Origin: Candidatus Hermodarchaeota archaeon
Lineage (GTDB): Archaea; Asgardarchaeota; Hermodarchaeia; Hermodarchaeales; Hermodarchaeaceae
Reading direction: 5' to 3'
Length of the DNA stretch: 64,000 bases
Assembly: GCA_016840065.1 (NCBI GenBank)
Contig: JAEOTB010000010.1
Location: 1-64,000, forward strand
How positions within the stretch are numbered: position 1 is the first letter of the stretch; the number at the start of each line of letters is the position of its first letter. Below, piece after piece: positions 28,946-38,640 of this stretch. The notes under the pieces are model-generated. The model was given only the letters and a program-made list of their open reading frames with translations, did not search any database and was not told the DNA's origin. Both the position numbers and the translations under genes were made by a program.

Positions 28946-29488
28946 TCATTCTAGGAGGCTTCCTGGTTCTTCTTTCAGACCGTACTTTCGCTTCATTTTT
29001 TCTCGCCAGTCCCCTCCAACTTGATCCCCTGTGACTACCTCAGGCTCACCTGTTGTCTCCTCTGCTGCGGGTGCTTCCTCAGATTCGCTGCCTGTAGATG
29101 TGCTAGCTTTAGATTTTGCTGCACGGGCTGCAGGCGCTCCGGTCGAGGATAGGCGTCTTGGTGCAACGACAACCCTTGAAGGTGCTGCTGTCGCCGCGAC
29201 GGGTGCGGTACTACGCTCTAGCTGCGTCAGCATCTCAGTTATCGTAAACATTGATACCCGCTGATCGATTTGAGTGATAGCACGGGATAGCCGCTGGGTC
29301 ATTTCTTGTAATGCTTTAGGGCTTGACTCAGATTTGCTCTGGCTAAGTCTTTTTACTTGTTTTGTGAGGTCAGCGATCTGAATTGTTAGCTTCTCTTCCA
29401 GTTCCGTCATCTTGGCTAGAGTTTGTTTCAGGATATCTGTAAGTTGCCGAAAGGCCTCGGCGATATCTTGTTGTTGTGGTTGCGACAT
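28946..29488 (-). CDS. Coiled-coil protein with low-complexity Ala/Ser/acidic tail
   Basis: Start MSQPQQQ at 29488; heptad N-half, disordered C-half ending DWREKMKRKYGL. Confidence 0.7.
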   Translation of the reverse strand: MSQPQQQDIAEAFRQLTDILKQTLAKMTELEEKLTIQIADLTKQVKRLSQSKSESSPKALQEMTQRLSRAITQIDQRVSMFTITEMLTQLERSTAPVAATAAPSRVVVAPRRLSSTGAPAARAAKSKASTSTGSESEEAPAAEETTGEPEVVTGDQVGGDWREKMKRKYGLKEEPGSLLE

Positions 29489-29560
29489 TACTCTCAATGT
29501 AATGTGTCTAGACGAAGACTTATCAAGATTACGATATCCGTGCAAGGAAAGGTTTTTCCA

Positions 29561-30586
29561 ATGGATTTCTCAGCTAATATTTCTTCTGAAAAGGCGCGAA
29601 GGATAGGGCTCCATTTTAGAAAACTCAAACCAGAAGCTGAAGATTTCTTAGATGATCGATTCTTCCCTAGCGCCGAGGAGGATTCAGAAAATGTGGCGCG
29701 GTTTTTCTTCTTCATCACTGGAATCGATCACCGCACCAGTCCGCCAGGGAAAAGCTTTGAAGGGTTCGTAGATGACGAATATTTCCAAGGTGCTGACCTG
29801 CTATGGCATCTTGCATTAAGGAAGTACCGCGAAAACCCGGGCTTCTTTGAACCACTACAAATGGCTCGAATTACTACAAAGGATGTTGAGAATTGGTTAA
29901 CCGTATATCAACCTGTTCGGGTCACAATACGTAATCCAAGCCAGCGTGCTGATCTGCTTAGTGATTGTGGACAGAAACTAGCAAGCCTCTATGGTGGTTC
30001 AGTGCTCACTCTTCTTAATCAAACCAAAAATAGAATATCAGCGCCCTCAAGTAATGTACTTGGGCTTCTAGACCGCCTCGCTGGGTTCAAGGCTTATGAG
30101 GATCCCGTCCGGAAGAAGAGTTTTCTTCTACTCAAGTTCATCATACGTCGGCGGCTCTGGACTCCTGAGGATCCAGAGAATCTCCGTATTCCTGTTGACA
30201 ACCACTTGATTCGGATAGCTTTACGCACAGGTATAGTCAAAGTTTCTTATGGTTTTGAAGAGACATTACGTGATGGACACGCAATAACAGCTGCCAATGA
30301 TGTGGTTCTACGCCAAGTTGTATCTGATGCATTTTCAGAGGTAGCCCATTATGCGAAACAACCAGTTCTTGAGCTAGACGATTTCCTATGGCATTTTGGT
30401 AGGCTCTGCTGCACTGCAGCTTCGCCGGTATGCAATCAAGGTTGTTCAACTCGTTGTTTTGTCGCAACTGAATTACTTCCTTCTTCTTGTGAACTTCAAT
30501 GTCCTCTAGCTGAAGCGTGTACTGCGAATACTGAAATCTTATACCGCGAGATAAAGGAGCCAAAACTCGATACTTGGTACTACTAG
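29561..30586 (+). CDS. HhH-GPD/DNA-glycosylase-fold protein with C-terminal Cys cluster (possibly queuosine-salvage-related)
   Basis: DPVRKKSFL, IPVDNHLIRIALRTG, LWHFGRLCC...C...C...CPL...C; ATG 29561 avoids overlap with the divergent gene. Confidence 0.65.
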   Translation: MDFSANISSEKARRIGLHFRKLKPEAEDFLDDRFFPSAEEDSENVARFFFFITGIDHRTSPPGKSFEGFVDDEYFQGADLLWHLALRKYRENPGFFEPLQMARITTKDVENWLTVYQPVRVTIRNPSQRADLLSDCGQKLASLYGGSVLTLLNQTKNRISAPSSNVLGLLDRLAGFKAYEDPVRKKSFLLLKFIIRRRLWTPEDPENLRIPVDNHLIRIALRTGIVKVSYGFEETLRDGHAITAANDVVLRQVVSDAFSEVAHYAKQPVLELDDFLWHFGRLCCTAASPVCNQGCSTRCFVATELLPSSCELQCPLAEACTANTEILYREIKEPKLDTWYY

Positions 30587-32349
30587 CTACCAGAAGGGGG
30601 AGTGTCGGATTTATGTCTGTAAATGTATTTTCCGATAAACCGTTCCTGGCTTTTCAAGATTGGAGGAGACCAAGAGACTATAATGCCATTTTCTGCTTCT
30701 CTGATATTTGGTTCTGGAATTTCCTCGGGAACTGCAACATATTCGAAACTCGGTGGAATGAGATCCCAAAGCTTGGGACGAGCGAGGCTAGACTCGCTCA
30801 TATTGATAAATGTCAGAGTAACAGTTAATTCGCCCTTATTGGGGCCTGGTGATACAGTACGAGTTTTATGAAGTTTACGAAACGCTTTTTCTACTTTTAA
30901 TGTCGGCGCAGTCAGTGCCAACAAAGTAGCACTAGCTGCAGGACCTGGGGGGAAGGTATTCGCCTCTACCGTCAGGGGAAGGATGTGTTCCTGTTCAGGT
31001 TCTGGTGTTCGAGCAATCGTTGTATACTTCACTATCATCTGCTCTCCAGGCTCGACAGCGACTTGTCTTTCAAACAAGTCAGTAACGTGGATAGTAACGA
31101 CACGCTCTGTGGGTGAATCTCTCTTCTTAGGGCGAACAGTGACTTTGATTTTCTGTGTAATCGGCTTCTCTTCTATCCAGACTTGAACCTGGACCTTATC
31201 TGGTGCATCAAAGCCAGCAGGAATCGTATCAAAGAAGGTAACCTCGTTAAAGTTAGAGGTTCCGATGTTCTTTGCTTCAAGTGAAATAGCTACTGGGCTA
31301 GGCTCCCAAGCAGGCAATTCCGAAGGCCTAACGGTTTTATTACATTCTATCCGTAAAACTGGGACACTGGCTTCTTCTTTCTCAACTGTCCCTACTAAAC
31401 TCTGAACGATGGATGCCTCTACTCGATAGAAGGCGACAATATCAAATTCGGGGTTCTCTTCCTTTGTATCAAACTCGTAACCCCAAAACTCTCCAGGTTC
31501 TAGCTTGTGATCCAGTGTTCCTTCAAAGAGTACCCTGCTGTCTGGGGCAGTCATGACCACTTGTATTCGTTCAATCCGGATAGGAAAATCACTAGTGTTC
31601 TTGAGTGTAGCATTGCAGCGCCAAATTCCTCGCCTAGTTGAATCCTCTGTTTTCTCAATGTTTACCTCACACTCTGTAACTCCTCGCATTATTGGCATCA
31701 GTCGACTGCGACTTAGATTAGGAATATTGTAGGTAACATTGAGTTTTCCTGTTTGGACTGGTGTCGAGTCATCAGCGGTAAGGGTGGCCCGAACCAGCAG
31801 AATGGCTACACGCTCAGGTTCCAATTCCTTGATTGTCCATACGACCTTTCCAGCTTGTTGATCGTACTCCATCATTCCAATAGGAATGTTCTGTGGTTCA
31901 ACTCCCTTGAAAGCAGGGGGAATTGTTTTGGTTACCACGATATCCGAGATTTTCCCACCTGAACGGTTTCGAAGGGTGATGGTGAACTCGACAGGCATTG
32001 AATGCCCAAACACAAACGCTTTGTTTATCCCAGATCGCTCATAACATGTGTCAACAACCTCGGACACGGAAAGCATCGGCACATCCAAATCCTTAATGAT
32101 GAATTCCTTTTCCCATTCTCCGAGTGGATCAAGTTGACCGATTTGAAATGAGTCAGTTCCAAGAGTGGACCTATTCGGGCTATTAGGTTCCATTTCAGCA
32201 TCCCAAATTGATACCCGTCGCGACATATTGCGAACTGTCACTCTCCCTCGTGGATCAAATCTAGAAATCGAATTGTCAGCATTTAAGACAGTATGTTCAA
32301 ATTCTCTTATCTTAATAGTAAGCCCAATCGGTTCGTCCGCCACGCCCAA
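30583..32349 (-). CDS. Cytoplasmic beta-sandwich repeat protein with mu-homology-domain-like N-terminal half
   Basis: No signal peptide or TM; repeated N-x(10)-(D/K)-x-IP-x-x-F units; segments resemble the adaptin mu/delta-COP C-terminal domain. Confidence 0.65.
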   Translation of the reverse strand: [588 protein letters not shown]

Positions 32350-32427
32350 CGCTAATCACCCACTCACTACTAGTAGTTTTCTGACAGATTAATGTCTTTC
32401 TGGCATGGTAAATTATCCCTAAATTAA

Positions 32428-32922
32428 TTAAAAATGAAGGAGTGCGAGGTTGAAGGCGTTGTCTTGTAGTCTTCTCAGAGTCCCTGAGGCTTTTAGGAGG
32501 GTTAGCTCAGCCGTAGGATACACTAAACACCCCTCTAGAAGGTGTCCCCCTTGGGTGTTTCTCTGATAGCCTTTCAAGACGATGTGACCATGAACCACTA
32601 CCTCTTCTTCACGTTGGGCAATATTACCTACACAAGAGAGTATTTCTAAGGCGCGTACATCACCGAAACCGGGTTTGAATTTAACTAAGCGGTAAGTTCG
32701 CTTTGCAGGGTCATAGAACCCAACCTTTGCGGATTCAAGAGCGCCAATCAGGTTAAACATGCCTGCAGTTACGTTATATTCTTCTGCTAATGCTTTGATG
32801 CTAAGTAATACATCTTCACCAACATCAAGTCGTGCAACTATCATTTCAGTTATAGGAAAACTAGAGCTTCGCAGATTAATCACCTGCACCAGGATTAGAA
32901 TCAGATTTAGAAGAGAGCCCAA
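32428..32922 (-). CDS. PPC/DUF296 domain protein
   Basis: ARLDVGEDV, IGAL, EILSCVGNI, HGHIVL, GGHL, TAE; true start likely downstream of 32922. Confidence 0.88.
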   Translation of the reverse strand: MGSLLNLILILVQVINLRSSSFPITEMIVARLDVGEDVLLSIKALAEEYNVTAGMFNLIGALESAKVGFYDPAKRTYRLVKFKPGFGDVRALEILSCVGNIAQREEEVVVHGHIVLKGYQRNTQGGHLLEGCLVYPTAELTLLKASGTLRRLQDNAFNLALLHF

Positions 32923-32969
32923 AGGCTAAAAACATAGGCGTTATATTTCGAATGTGGAAGCGATAGTCT

Positions 32970-35648
32970 GTGAGTGAAGATCTCACGTCCTGGATTCAGG
33001 GCACTAAACCTGAAGAGGAAAAACCTGCTAGTAACGAGTCTGGGCCTACCCCTGCTAGCAGACGCTCTTTATTACAGACTATCATGGAAAGTTTTTCAAC
33101 TGAATCAATACGTCCTGACTGGTATCCTCGGGTCCCAAAATCTGCGCTCCCTGGGGTTCTACTCAATATTGAATACGATGGTCAGACTGGCTTAGCAAAA
33201 CTCAAACTGTATAACCCTAGCTCCATGAAAATTTATGAATGGCTTGACAACTCGGGGCATCATCCCTACTGTCTAACAGATTACAGCCGTAGTGAAATCG
33301 AAAAAATCAAGGATGTTATTGAACACAAGGGTTTCCTGAAAATGGAGGAAACGACAAAAGTCATTCTTCTTCACGATAAAGAACAGAAACTCGTCTCTAT
33401 TGTAGTAAGAGACCCACTTGCGATTGGCGGAAGGCGTGACTCTATCAGAGAGCATCTGGGGAGAGAGCACAGTTGGGAGGCAGATATCCGATACACAAAG
33501 TGTTATACCTATGACAGAGCGCTGACACCTGGTCTCTATTATAAGATTAAAGAAGGCAACCTCCTTCCAGTTCCTCAGAAGTTTTCCGTACAAGACGCTA
33601 AAAGAATCAGAGGACTATTCGAAACAGGCTCTGAGGAATCCAAGCTAGTAGAAGAATACTTGCCTCTCTTCTTGTCTCCTGCCGCTTATTTGCCCCGACT
33701 TTCTCTTGACATTGAAGTTGAGTCTCCTATAGCTGATAGAATTCCTGACCCCGTGGCAGCGGAGAATCCAGTCATCACGGTGGCTCTGTCAGATGACACT
33801 GGTACAGGTGTAGTGTTTCTACTCCTCCGAAGCAATGAACAAGATGCCAAAGAACCAAATTTGCCTGAAGGAGTCTCCCACAAATATTTCACTGAAGAGC
33901 GCCAGCTCCTTGAGGCGGTTTTCCACATTCTCTGGCGGACTCCCATTCTAGCTACATTTAACGGAGATAATTTCGATCTTCGATATCTAGTAAACCGCGC
34001 GAAAAGGTTTGGAATCCCTACATCCGATATTCCAATTCGTTTGCGCCAAGGATTGGGTAGTAATTTCGAAGCCCACCTGAAATATGGCGTTCATATTGAC
34101 CTTTATCGGTTCTTCAATAATAGATCAATCCAGATCTACGCTTTCCGTAATCGCTATCGTGAATTTCGTTTAGAGGATATCAGCCAGGCCCTTCTGGGTG
34201 AAGGAAAACGCGAGCTTCCCGACTTGATTAGCCGCCTCCCCCCCGATATTCTCGCAGATTACTGCTGGCAGGACACGCATCTTACTATGAAACTCACCCA
34301 ATTCGACAATAATCTAGTCCTCAGCCTTATTTTGCTTCTAATGCGAGTATCACACCAAGGGTTGCATGATCTCACACGTTCAGCAGTATCCAATTGGATT
34401 CGCAGCCTCCTTTACTACTCCCACCGACAGCGGGGTTACCTCATCCCACGAAAAGAGGAAATCGAAGCTCTGAAAGGAAAAGCTACCACCGAGGCGGTAA
34501 TCAAGGGTAGAAAATACCTAGGAGCTATCGTCGTCGAACCTGTGGCAGGACTCCACTTCGATGTCACAGTCGTAGATTTCGCATCCTTGTATCCCAGTAT
34601 TATGAAGGCATATAACATAAGTTACGAAACAGTGCGATGTACTCATCCTGAATGTCGTAGCAACGAGGTGCCGGGCACTTCTCACTGGATATGTACCAAA
34701 CGAAAGGGTCTCACAAGTCTCATCATAGGAATTATCCGCGATGTACGCGTTGAACACTTCAAACCCCGCTCGAAAGACAAAACTATGACAGAAACACAAC
34801 GAAGCTGGTACAGCGTCGTAGAACAAGCCCTAAAGGTCTTTCTCAACGCGTCCTATGGTGTCATTGGGGCCGCCCACTTTCCTCTCTATTGCGCTCCTGC
34901 AGCTGAATCTATTACTGCGTACGGCCGGTATGCCATTACGGAGACTATCAAACAGGCTGAGTCACTCGGAGTTACCGTTCTGTACGGAGATACGGACAGC
35001 CTGTTCTTGGCGAAGCCGACAAAGGAGCAGCTGCGTAAGCTCATAGACTATAGCGAGCAGGCATTACGAGTAGAGTTGGATGTCGAGAAGGAATATCGAT
35101 ATCTCGCTCTTTCGAGCCGGAAGAAGAACTATCTCGGAGTGACTAAGTCTGGTCACGTGGATATCAAGGGTTTAACTGGTAAGAAGCGGAACACGCCGCT
35201 CTTCCTTCAGAAGGCGTTTATGCAGATGGTTGATATTCTCCGCCAGGTTCAAACACCAAGAGATTTCTCAACTGCGAAAGATAGGATTCTACGACTTGCA
35301 CGCGAACACCTAGCCAGACTAGAACGCCGGGAGTATCCTATTGAGGAACTGGCTATTCGAATGCAGATAACCAAACCCCTTGAAAGCTACGTAAAGACAA
35401 CTCCCCAGCATGTCAAAGCTGCTCGCCAACTCCAGGATGCTGGACGAGACGTATCCGCCGGTGACATTATCGCTTTCGTCAAGACCGTTGGTGGTGTCAA
35501 ACCAGTAGAACAGGCATCCATTCAAGATGTCGATATTGCGAAATACAAGGATTTAGTGAAAAGCACCTTCGAGCAGGTACTAGATGCTCTTGGAATCGAG
35601 TGGGTTGAAACCATCGGAATCCGTACGCTCGATACGTTCTTCGGATAA
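32970..35648 (+). CDS. polB1: Family B DNA polymerase, PolB1 (Dpo1-like) type
   Basis: LLNIEYDG N-terminus, DIEV/FNGDNFD/YC..D exonuclease motifs, DFASLYPS, KVFLNASYG, YGDTDSLF, KKNY, KGLTGKK; no intein. Confidence 0.93.
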   Translation: MSEDLTSWIQGTKPEEEKPASNESGPTPASRRSLLQTIMESFSTESIRPDWYPRVPKSALPGVLLNIEYDGQTGLAKLKLYNPSSMKIYEWLDNSGHHPYCLTDYSRSEIEKIKDVIEHKGFLKMEETTKVILLHDKEQKLVSIVVRDPLAIGGRRDSIREHLGREHSWEADIRYTKCYTYDRALTPGLYYKIKEGNLLPVPQKFSVQDAKRIRGLFETGSEESKLVEEYLPLFLSPAAYLPRLSLDIEVESPIADRIPDPVAAENPVITVALSDDTGTGVVFLLLRSNEQDAKEPNLPEGVSHKYFTEERQLLEAVFHILWRTPILATFNGDNFDLRYLVNRAKRFGIPTSDIPIRLRQGLGSNFEAHLKYGVHIDLYRFFNNRSIQIYAFRNRYREFRLEDISQALLGEGKRELPDLISRLPPDILADYCWQDTHLTMKLTQFDNNLVLSLILLLMRVSHQGLHDLTRSAVSNWIRSLLYYSHRQRGYLIPRKEEIEALKGKATTEAVIKGRKYLGAIVVEPVAGLHFDVTVVDFASLYPSIMKAYNISYETVRCTHPECRSNEVPGTSHWICTKRKGLTSLIIGIIRDVRVEHFKPRSKDKTMTETQRSWYSVVEQALKVFLNASYGVIGAAHFPLYCAPAAESITAYGRYAITETIKQAESLGVTVLYGDTDSLFLAKPTKEQLRKLIDYSEQALRVELDVEKEYRYLALSSRKKNYLGVTKSGHVDIKGLTGKKRNTPLFLQKAFMQMVDILRQVQTPRDFSTAKDRILRLAREHLARLERREYPIEELAIRMQITKPLESYVKTTPQHVKAARQLQDAGRDVSAGDIIAFVKTVGGVKPVEQASIQDVDIAKYKDLVKSTFEQVLDALGIEWVETIGIRTLDTFFG

Positions 35649-35754
35649 TCTGTGATAACTTTGAAAGTGCTTTCGCACTAATCTATTGATAGGTAACTTT
35701 ATCATTAATCTTGTACACTTCTTTCTAGGAGATTCTATAGGAGTTGATGTTTAA

Positions 35755-36762
35755 TTGGAGCTCCGAGATTTATTGGTACGCGGCATAAACCCAATCTTAA
35801 ATCCCCATGGATTGAACTCTAGTCTTGATGAGTTTCTTTCTGTTTATGGCGGTGGATACCTAAAAAACATCACATCAGTTGTCAAAGATGTAACTGGCCG
35901 CACTTATTACTTGAGTAAAATGGCGCCGGCTGACGAGAAGTATCCCTCTTTCTTCACCGACCTTCTAGATGCAGCCGAATCAATTGGGTTTGTAGTTAGT
36001 GCCTACGTCAACGTTTTCGCTGATACGTTCTATGCTACAGATACAAGGTTTGCAGCTCATCGTGGTAATGGTCAAGGTCTCGAAGTGTTTGTATGTCCGA
36101 ACAAACCCGAATTTCACAAACACATGATTACAGTCGTGAAAGAAGTAGCAAAATACCCAATTCCAAGGCTTTTCCTAGGGAATCTGGGTTATGCTAGAAA
36201 AGACTGTTGTGTATGCGAGGATTGTCGCGCTGAATTTTCTAAGTATCTTGGTATTCGATATGAATTAGAAGGACCAAGTGCAATGGACCAAGAACAATAT
36301 CAGAAGTGGGTTTTCTGGCGTCTGATGAAGATTAATGATATTGTACAACGTCTTGTAGAGGCAGCGAAGGAAGTGAATCGCGATTTGGACGTTATTCCTA
36401 CTTTTCCCGTTGACTCTGAACTAGGTTTCTTGGAGAATTTCAAGACAGGGTTTGGCATAGACATTCAAACTATAGCAAGAACCGCCAATCATTTGGCTCT
36501 TGAAATAAGCCCCTACACACCTATTCTACCCGATCCTGATGGTCCTGAATTCACTAAATTTGTAGATAATCTAAGTTTCATTTCAGACCTTCGCAGTGAA
36601 GGAGTTGACATCCATATTATTCATGGGGTCCTAGAGAATGAGGAGGAATATAGCCACGCAAAAGCACTCGCTGAAGCAGTTGGACTTAGGCAATTCTATA
36701 CTCAGATGACTTATCCTCCTAGGTTTCGAACACTCCGTGAGGAAAGGCTAGGGCTCCGCTAA
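35755..36762 (+). CDS. Hypothetical protein, glycoside-hydrolase-like TIM barrel with CxCxxC
   Basis: VKDVTGRTYYLS, FVCPNKPEF, CVCEDC..EF, W..WR, GIDI pattern typical of GHL/DUF187-like proteins. Confidence 0.6.
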   Translation: MELRDLLVRGINPILNPHGLNSSLDEFLSVYGGGYLKNITSVVKDVTGRTYYLSKMAPADEKYPSFFTDLLDAAESIGFVVSAYVNVFADTFYATDTRFAAHRGNGQGLEVFVCPNKPEFHKHMITVVKEVAKYPIPRLFLGNLGYARKDCCVCEDCRAEFSKYLGIRYELEGPSAMDQEQYQKWVFWRLMKINDIVQRLVEAAKEVNRDLDVIPTFPVDSELGFLENFKTGFGIDIQTIARTANHLALEISPYTPILPDPDGPEFTKFVDNLSFISDLRSEGVDIHIIHGVLENEEEYSHAKALAEAVGLRQFYTQMTYPPRFRTLREERLGLR

Positions 36763-36778
36763 ATCGGGGCGAAAGATT

Positions 36779-37417
36779 ATGACAGAAGCAATTTCTCGAC
36801 TCGAAGAACTTTACCGTTGGCTAATAAGTGCAGAAGTAACTACGAAACAAGAAATGGCAGCAAAAGCTGAAATTCTCTCCCTTCTTCCTCAAGTCAAAGC
36901 TGCGATACATTCAGAAGATTCACCTGAAGCAAGACAACTAGCTGAGAAGTTTGAGAAACTCCATGAACATATCACCCGATGGAATCCACTAACAGCTTGG
37001 TTCCGCGATGATGAAGTCATTGGGGAAATCTTCTTTGAACTCCTCTCAAAAGTTCGGCTCATGTTGATTAGGCAGCAAGGTTCATCCTCTGGCCAATCAG
37101 CTTTAGTTACTGAGAGTCTGGAGTCAATACGCCAGACTGTCACTCAGCTTGCGGCTCGCGTTGATGAGCTTCAGAGTACGATGAAGATTATTCGTGAAAT
37201 CATATCTCCAACCGAGGAGCAATGGCAGTTATACCAACGCATCGTAGGGTTATCTAACCGAGCCAATGAGCTAGAGCGCCGCATTGCAGAATTTGAATCC
37301 GGTGATGCTCCAAAAACCGAAGCTGATAGAGCAAGGATTGTAAAATGGAAAGAGGGTTTCCAAAAGCTGAATAAGCAAATTATCGCACTACGTAAACTGG
37401 CACTTCAAAGCAGATAA
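36779..37417 (+). CDS. Helical-bundle/coiled-coil hypothetical protein
   Basis: 212-aa ORF 16 nt after the previous gene; helical N-domain, Ser/Gly linker, coiled coil. Confidence 0.7.
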   Translation: MTEAISRLEELYRWLISAEVTTKQEMAAKAEILSLLPQVKAAIHSEDSPEARQLAEKFEKLHEHITRWNPLTAWFRDDEVIGEIFFELLSKVRLMLIRQQGSSSGQSALVTESLESIRQTVTQLAARVDELQSTMKIIREIISPTEEQWQLYQRIVGLSNRANELERRIAEFESGDAPKTEADRARIVKWKEGFQKLNKQIIALRKLALQSR

Positions 37418-37452
37418 GCCTACTAAACGCCTTCTCATTCTCGGGAAATCTG

Positions 37453-38259
37453 TTATTTCTGACTCCTTCTACAACGAGTGCAGAAATCAACTCCCACTCG
37501 CAAATCCTGTCCACAATGAACACAAAAACGGTGGAAAGTACCAGTGGTTGAGCTAGGTGCAGTTGAATGTGTAGGGTGTTCGTGTCTTTGTTCCTCTTTG
37601 GCATATCTTCGCTTTGGGGTAAATGGTGCCTGTGGGGTGGTTCTATCACGAGAGGCGCTAGCAGTTCCGGAATGATGCTTATAACCACCGGAGCTGCTCT
37701 CAAAAAGACCACCAATATCGATTATAGTGTCTGAAGTTTTTGAGTGATGGGGTGCCGTGTGAGTGCTACCTCTTTCGTGATGAGTAGCTTGTGCTGACCA
37801 ACCTCGTCTAGTTTCAAGGCTTCTCTCACCCGTTGCTACTGCTGCAGAATGAGGAGTTGGTTGAGGTGCTGGTTGAATTAGTATTTCGTGGGGCCATCTC
37901 CGCTCCGCTGAATGTAAGAAGCGCTGATGACACTCTTGTTGAATCGAACTGTATTCATCCTTACTCATTCCTAACAGCTGGAGTGCATCATCTCTAAGGC
38001 GACATTCTCGGGAAAGATCGCAACAAAAAGCAAGACTCCCGAAACAGGTGACTGACATGGCCTGAGCAGCTGATATCTTTGTGAGAGGGCGAATACGATG
38101 ATTCCCGATGAAAAGCACGCCACCAACATCGCGTACTTGTGTCATTGCCTGCTCTTCTAGAGCACTTATGACCTCTCTAGCAGAATAGGCTTGTCCATTA
38201 ATGATAACAAGTCCTCGCCGCTGATACTGACCCATAATTATCTGAACCTCCGCTCCCAA
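37453..38259 (-). CDS. Methanogenesis-marker-9-like Cys domain protein with C-terminal double Zn ribbon
   Basis: TCFGSLAFCCDLSRECRLRDDALQLLGMSKDEY; His/Thr/Ser-rich linker; FCVHCG...FCTRC. Confidence 0.7.
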   Translation of the reverse strand: MGAEVQIIMGQYQRRGLVIINGQAYSAREVISALEEQAMTQVRDVGGVLFIGNHRIRPLTKISAAQAMSVTCFGSLAFCCDLSRECRLRDDALQLLGMSKDEYSSIQQECHQRFLHSAERRWPHEILIQPAPQPTPHSAAVATGERSLETRRGWSAQATHHERGSTHTAPHHSKTSDTIIDIGGLFESSSGGYKHHSGTASASRDRTTPQAPFTPKRRYAKEEQRHEHPTHSTAPSSTTGTFHRFCVHCGQDLRVGVDFCTRCRRSQK

Positions 38260-38430
38260 AGAAGGCGACTTAATTCTTTAATTTTACCTATCGTTGAAAT
38301 AGGTGTAGAGCCTCTGAAACATCGTTTTAAGAATGCAAAAACTGGGAATATCACTGTTTATTAGGTTTGTGCGCCCTTTCATCACAGAAAACCTTTAAGC
38401 TAAAGGGGAAAAACTCGCGTTGAGAAAGAA

Positions 38431-38619
38431 ATGACTATTGTCACGTGCCCGAAATGCCAATTCCGATTTGATACAACGTACGGTCGTGCTATGGCCTGTG
38501 GGGGTTGTCCATCAGCCACATTGGGCAATTGTGGGCATGCTAAATGTCCAAAATGCCAGCACGAATTCTCACTAGATACACAATCAGAAGGAACAACATA
38601 TGGACGCCGCGTCACATGA
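38431..38619 (+). CDS. Small Cys-rich metal-binding protein
   Basis: CPKC...ACGGCP...C...KCPKCQHEF, 62 aa, fills the gap, TTTAAG TATA-like element upstream. Confidence 0.7.
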   Translation: MTIVTCPKCQFRFDTTYGRAMACGGCPSATLGNCGHAKCPKCQHEFSLDTQSEGTTYGRRVT

Positions 38620-38640
38620 TATACTTTCTCTATTCTCTGC

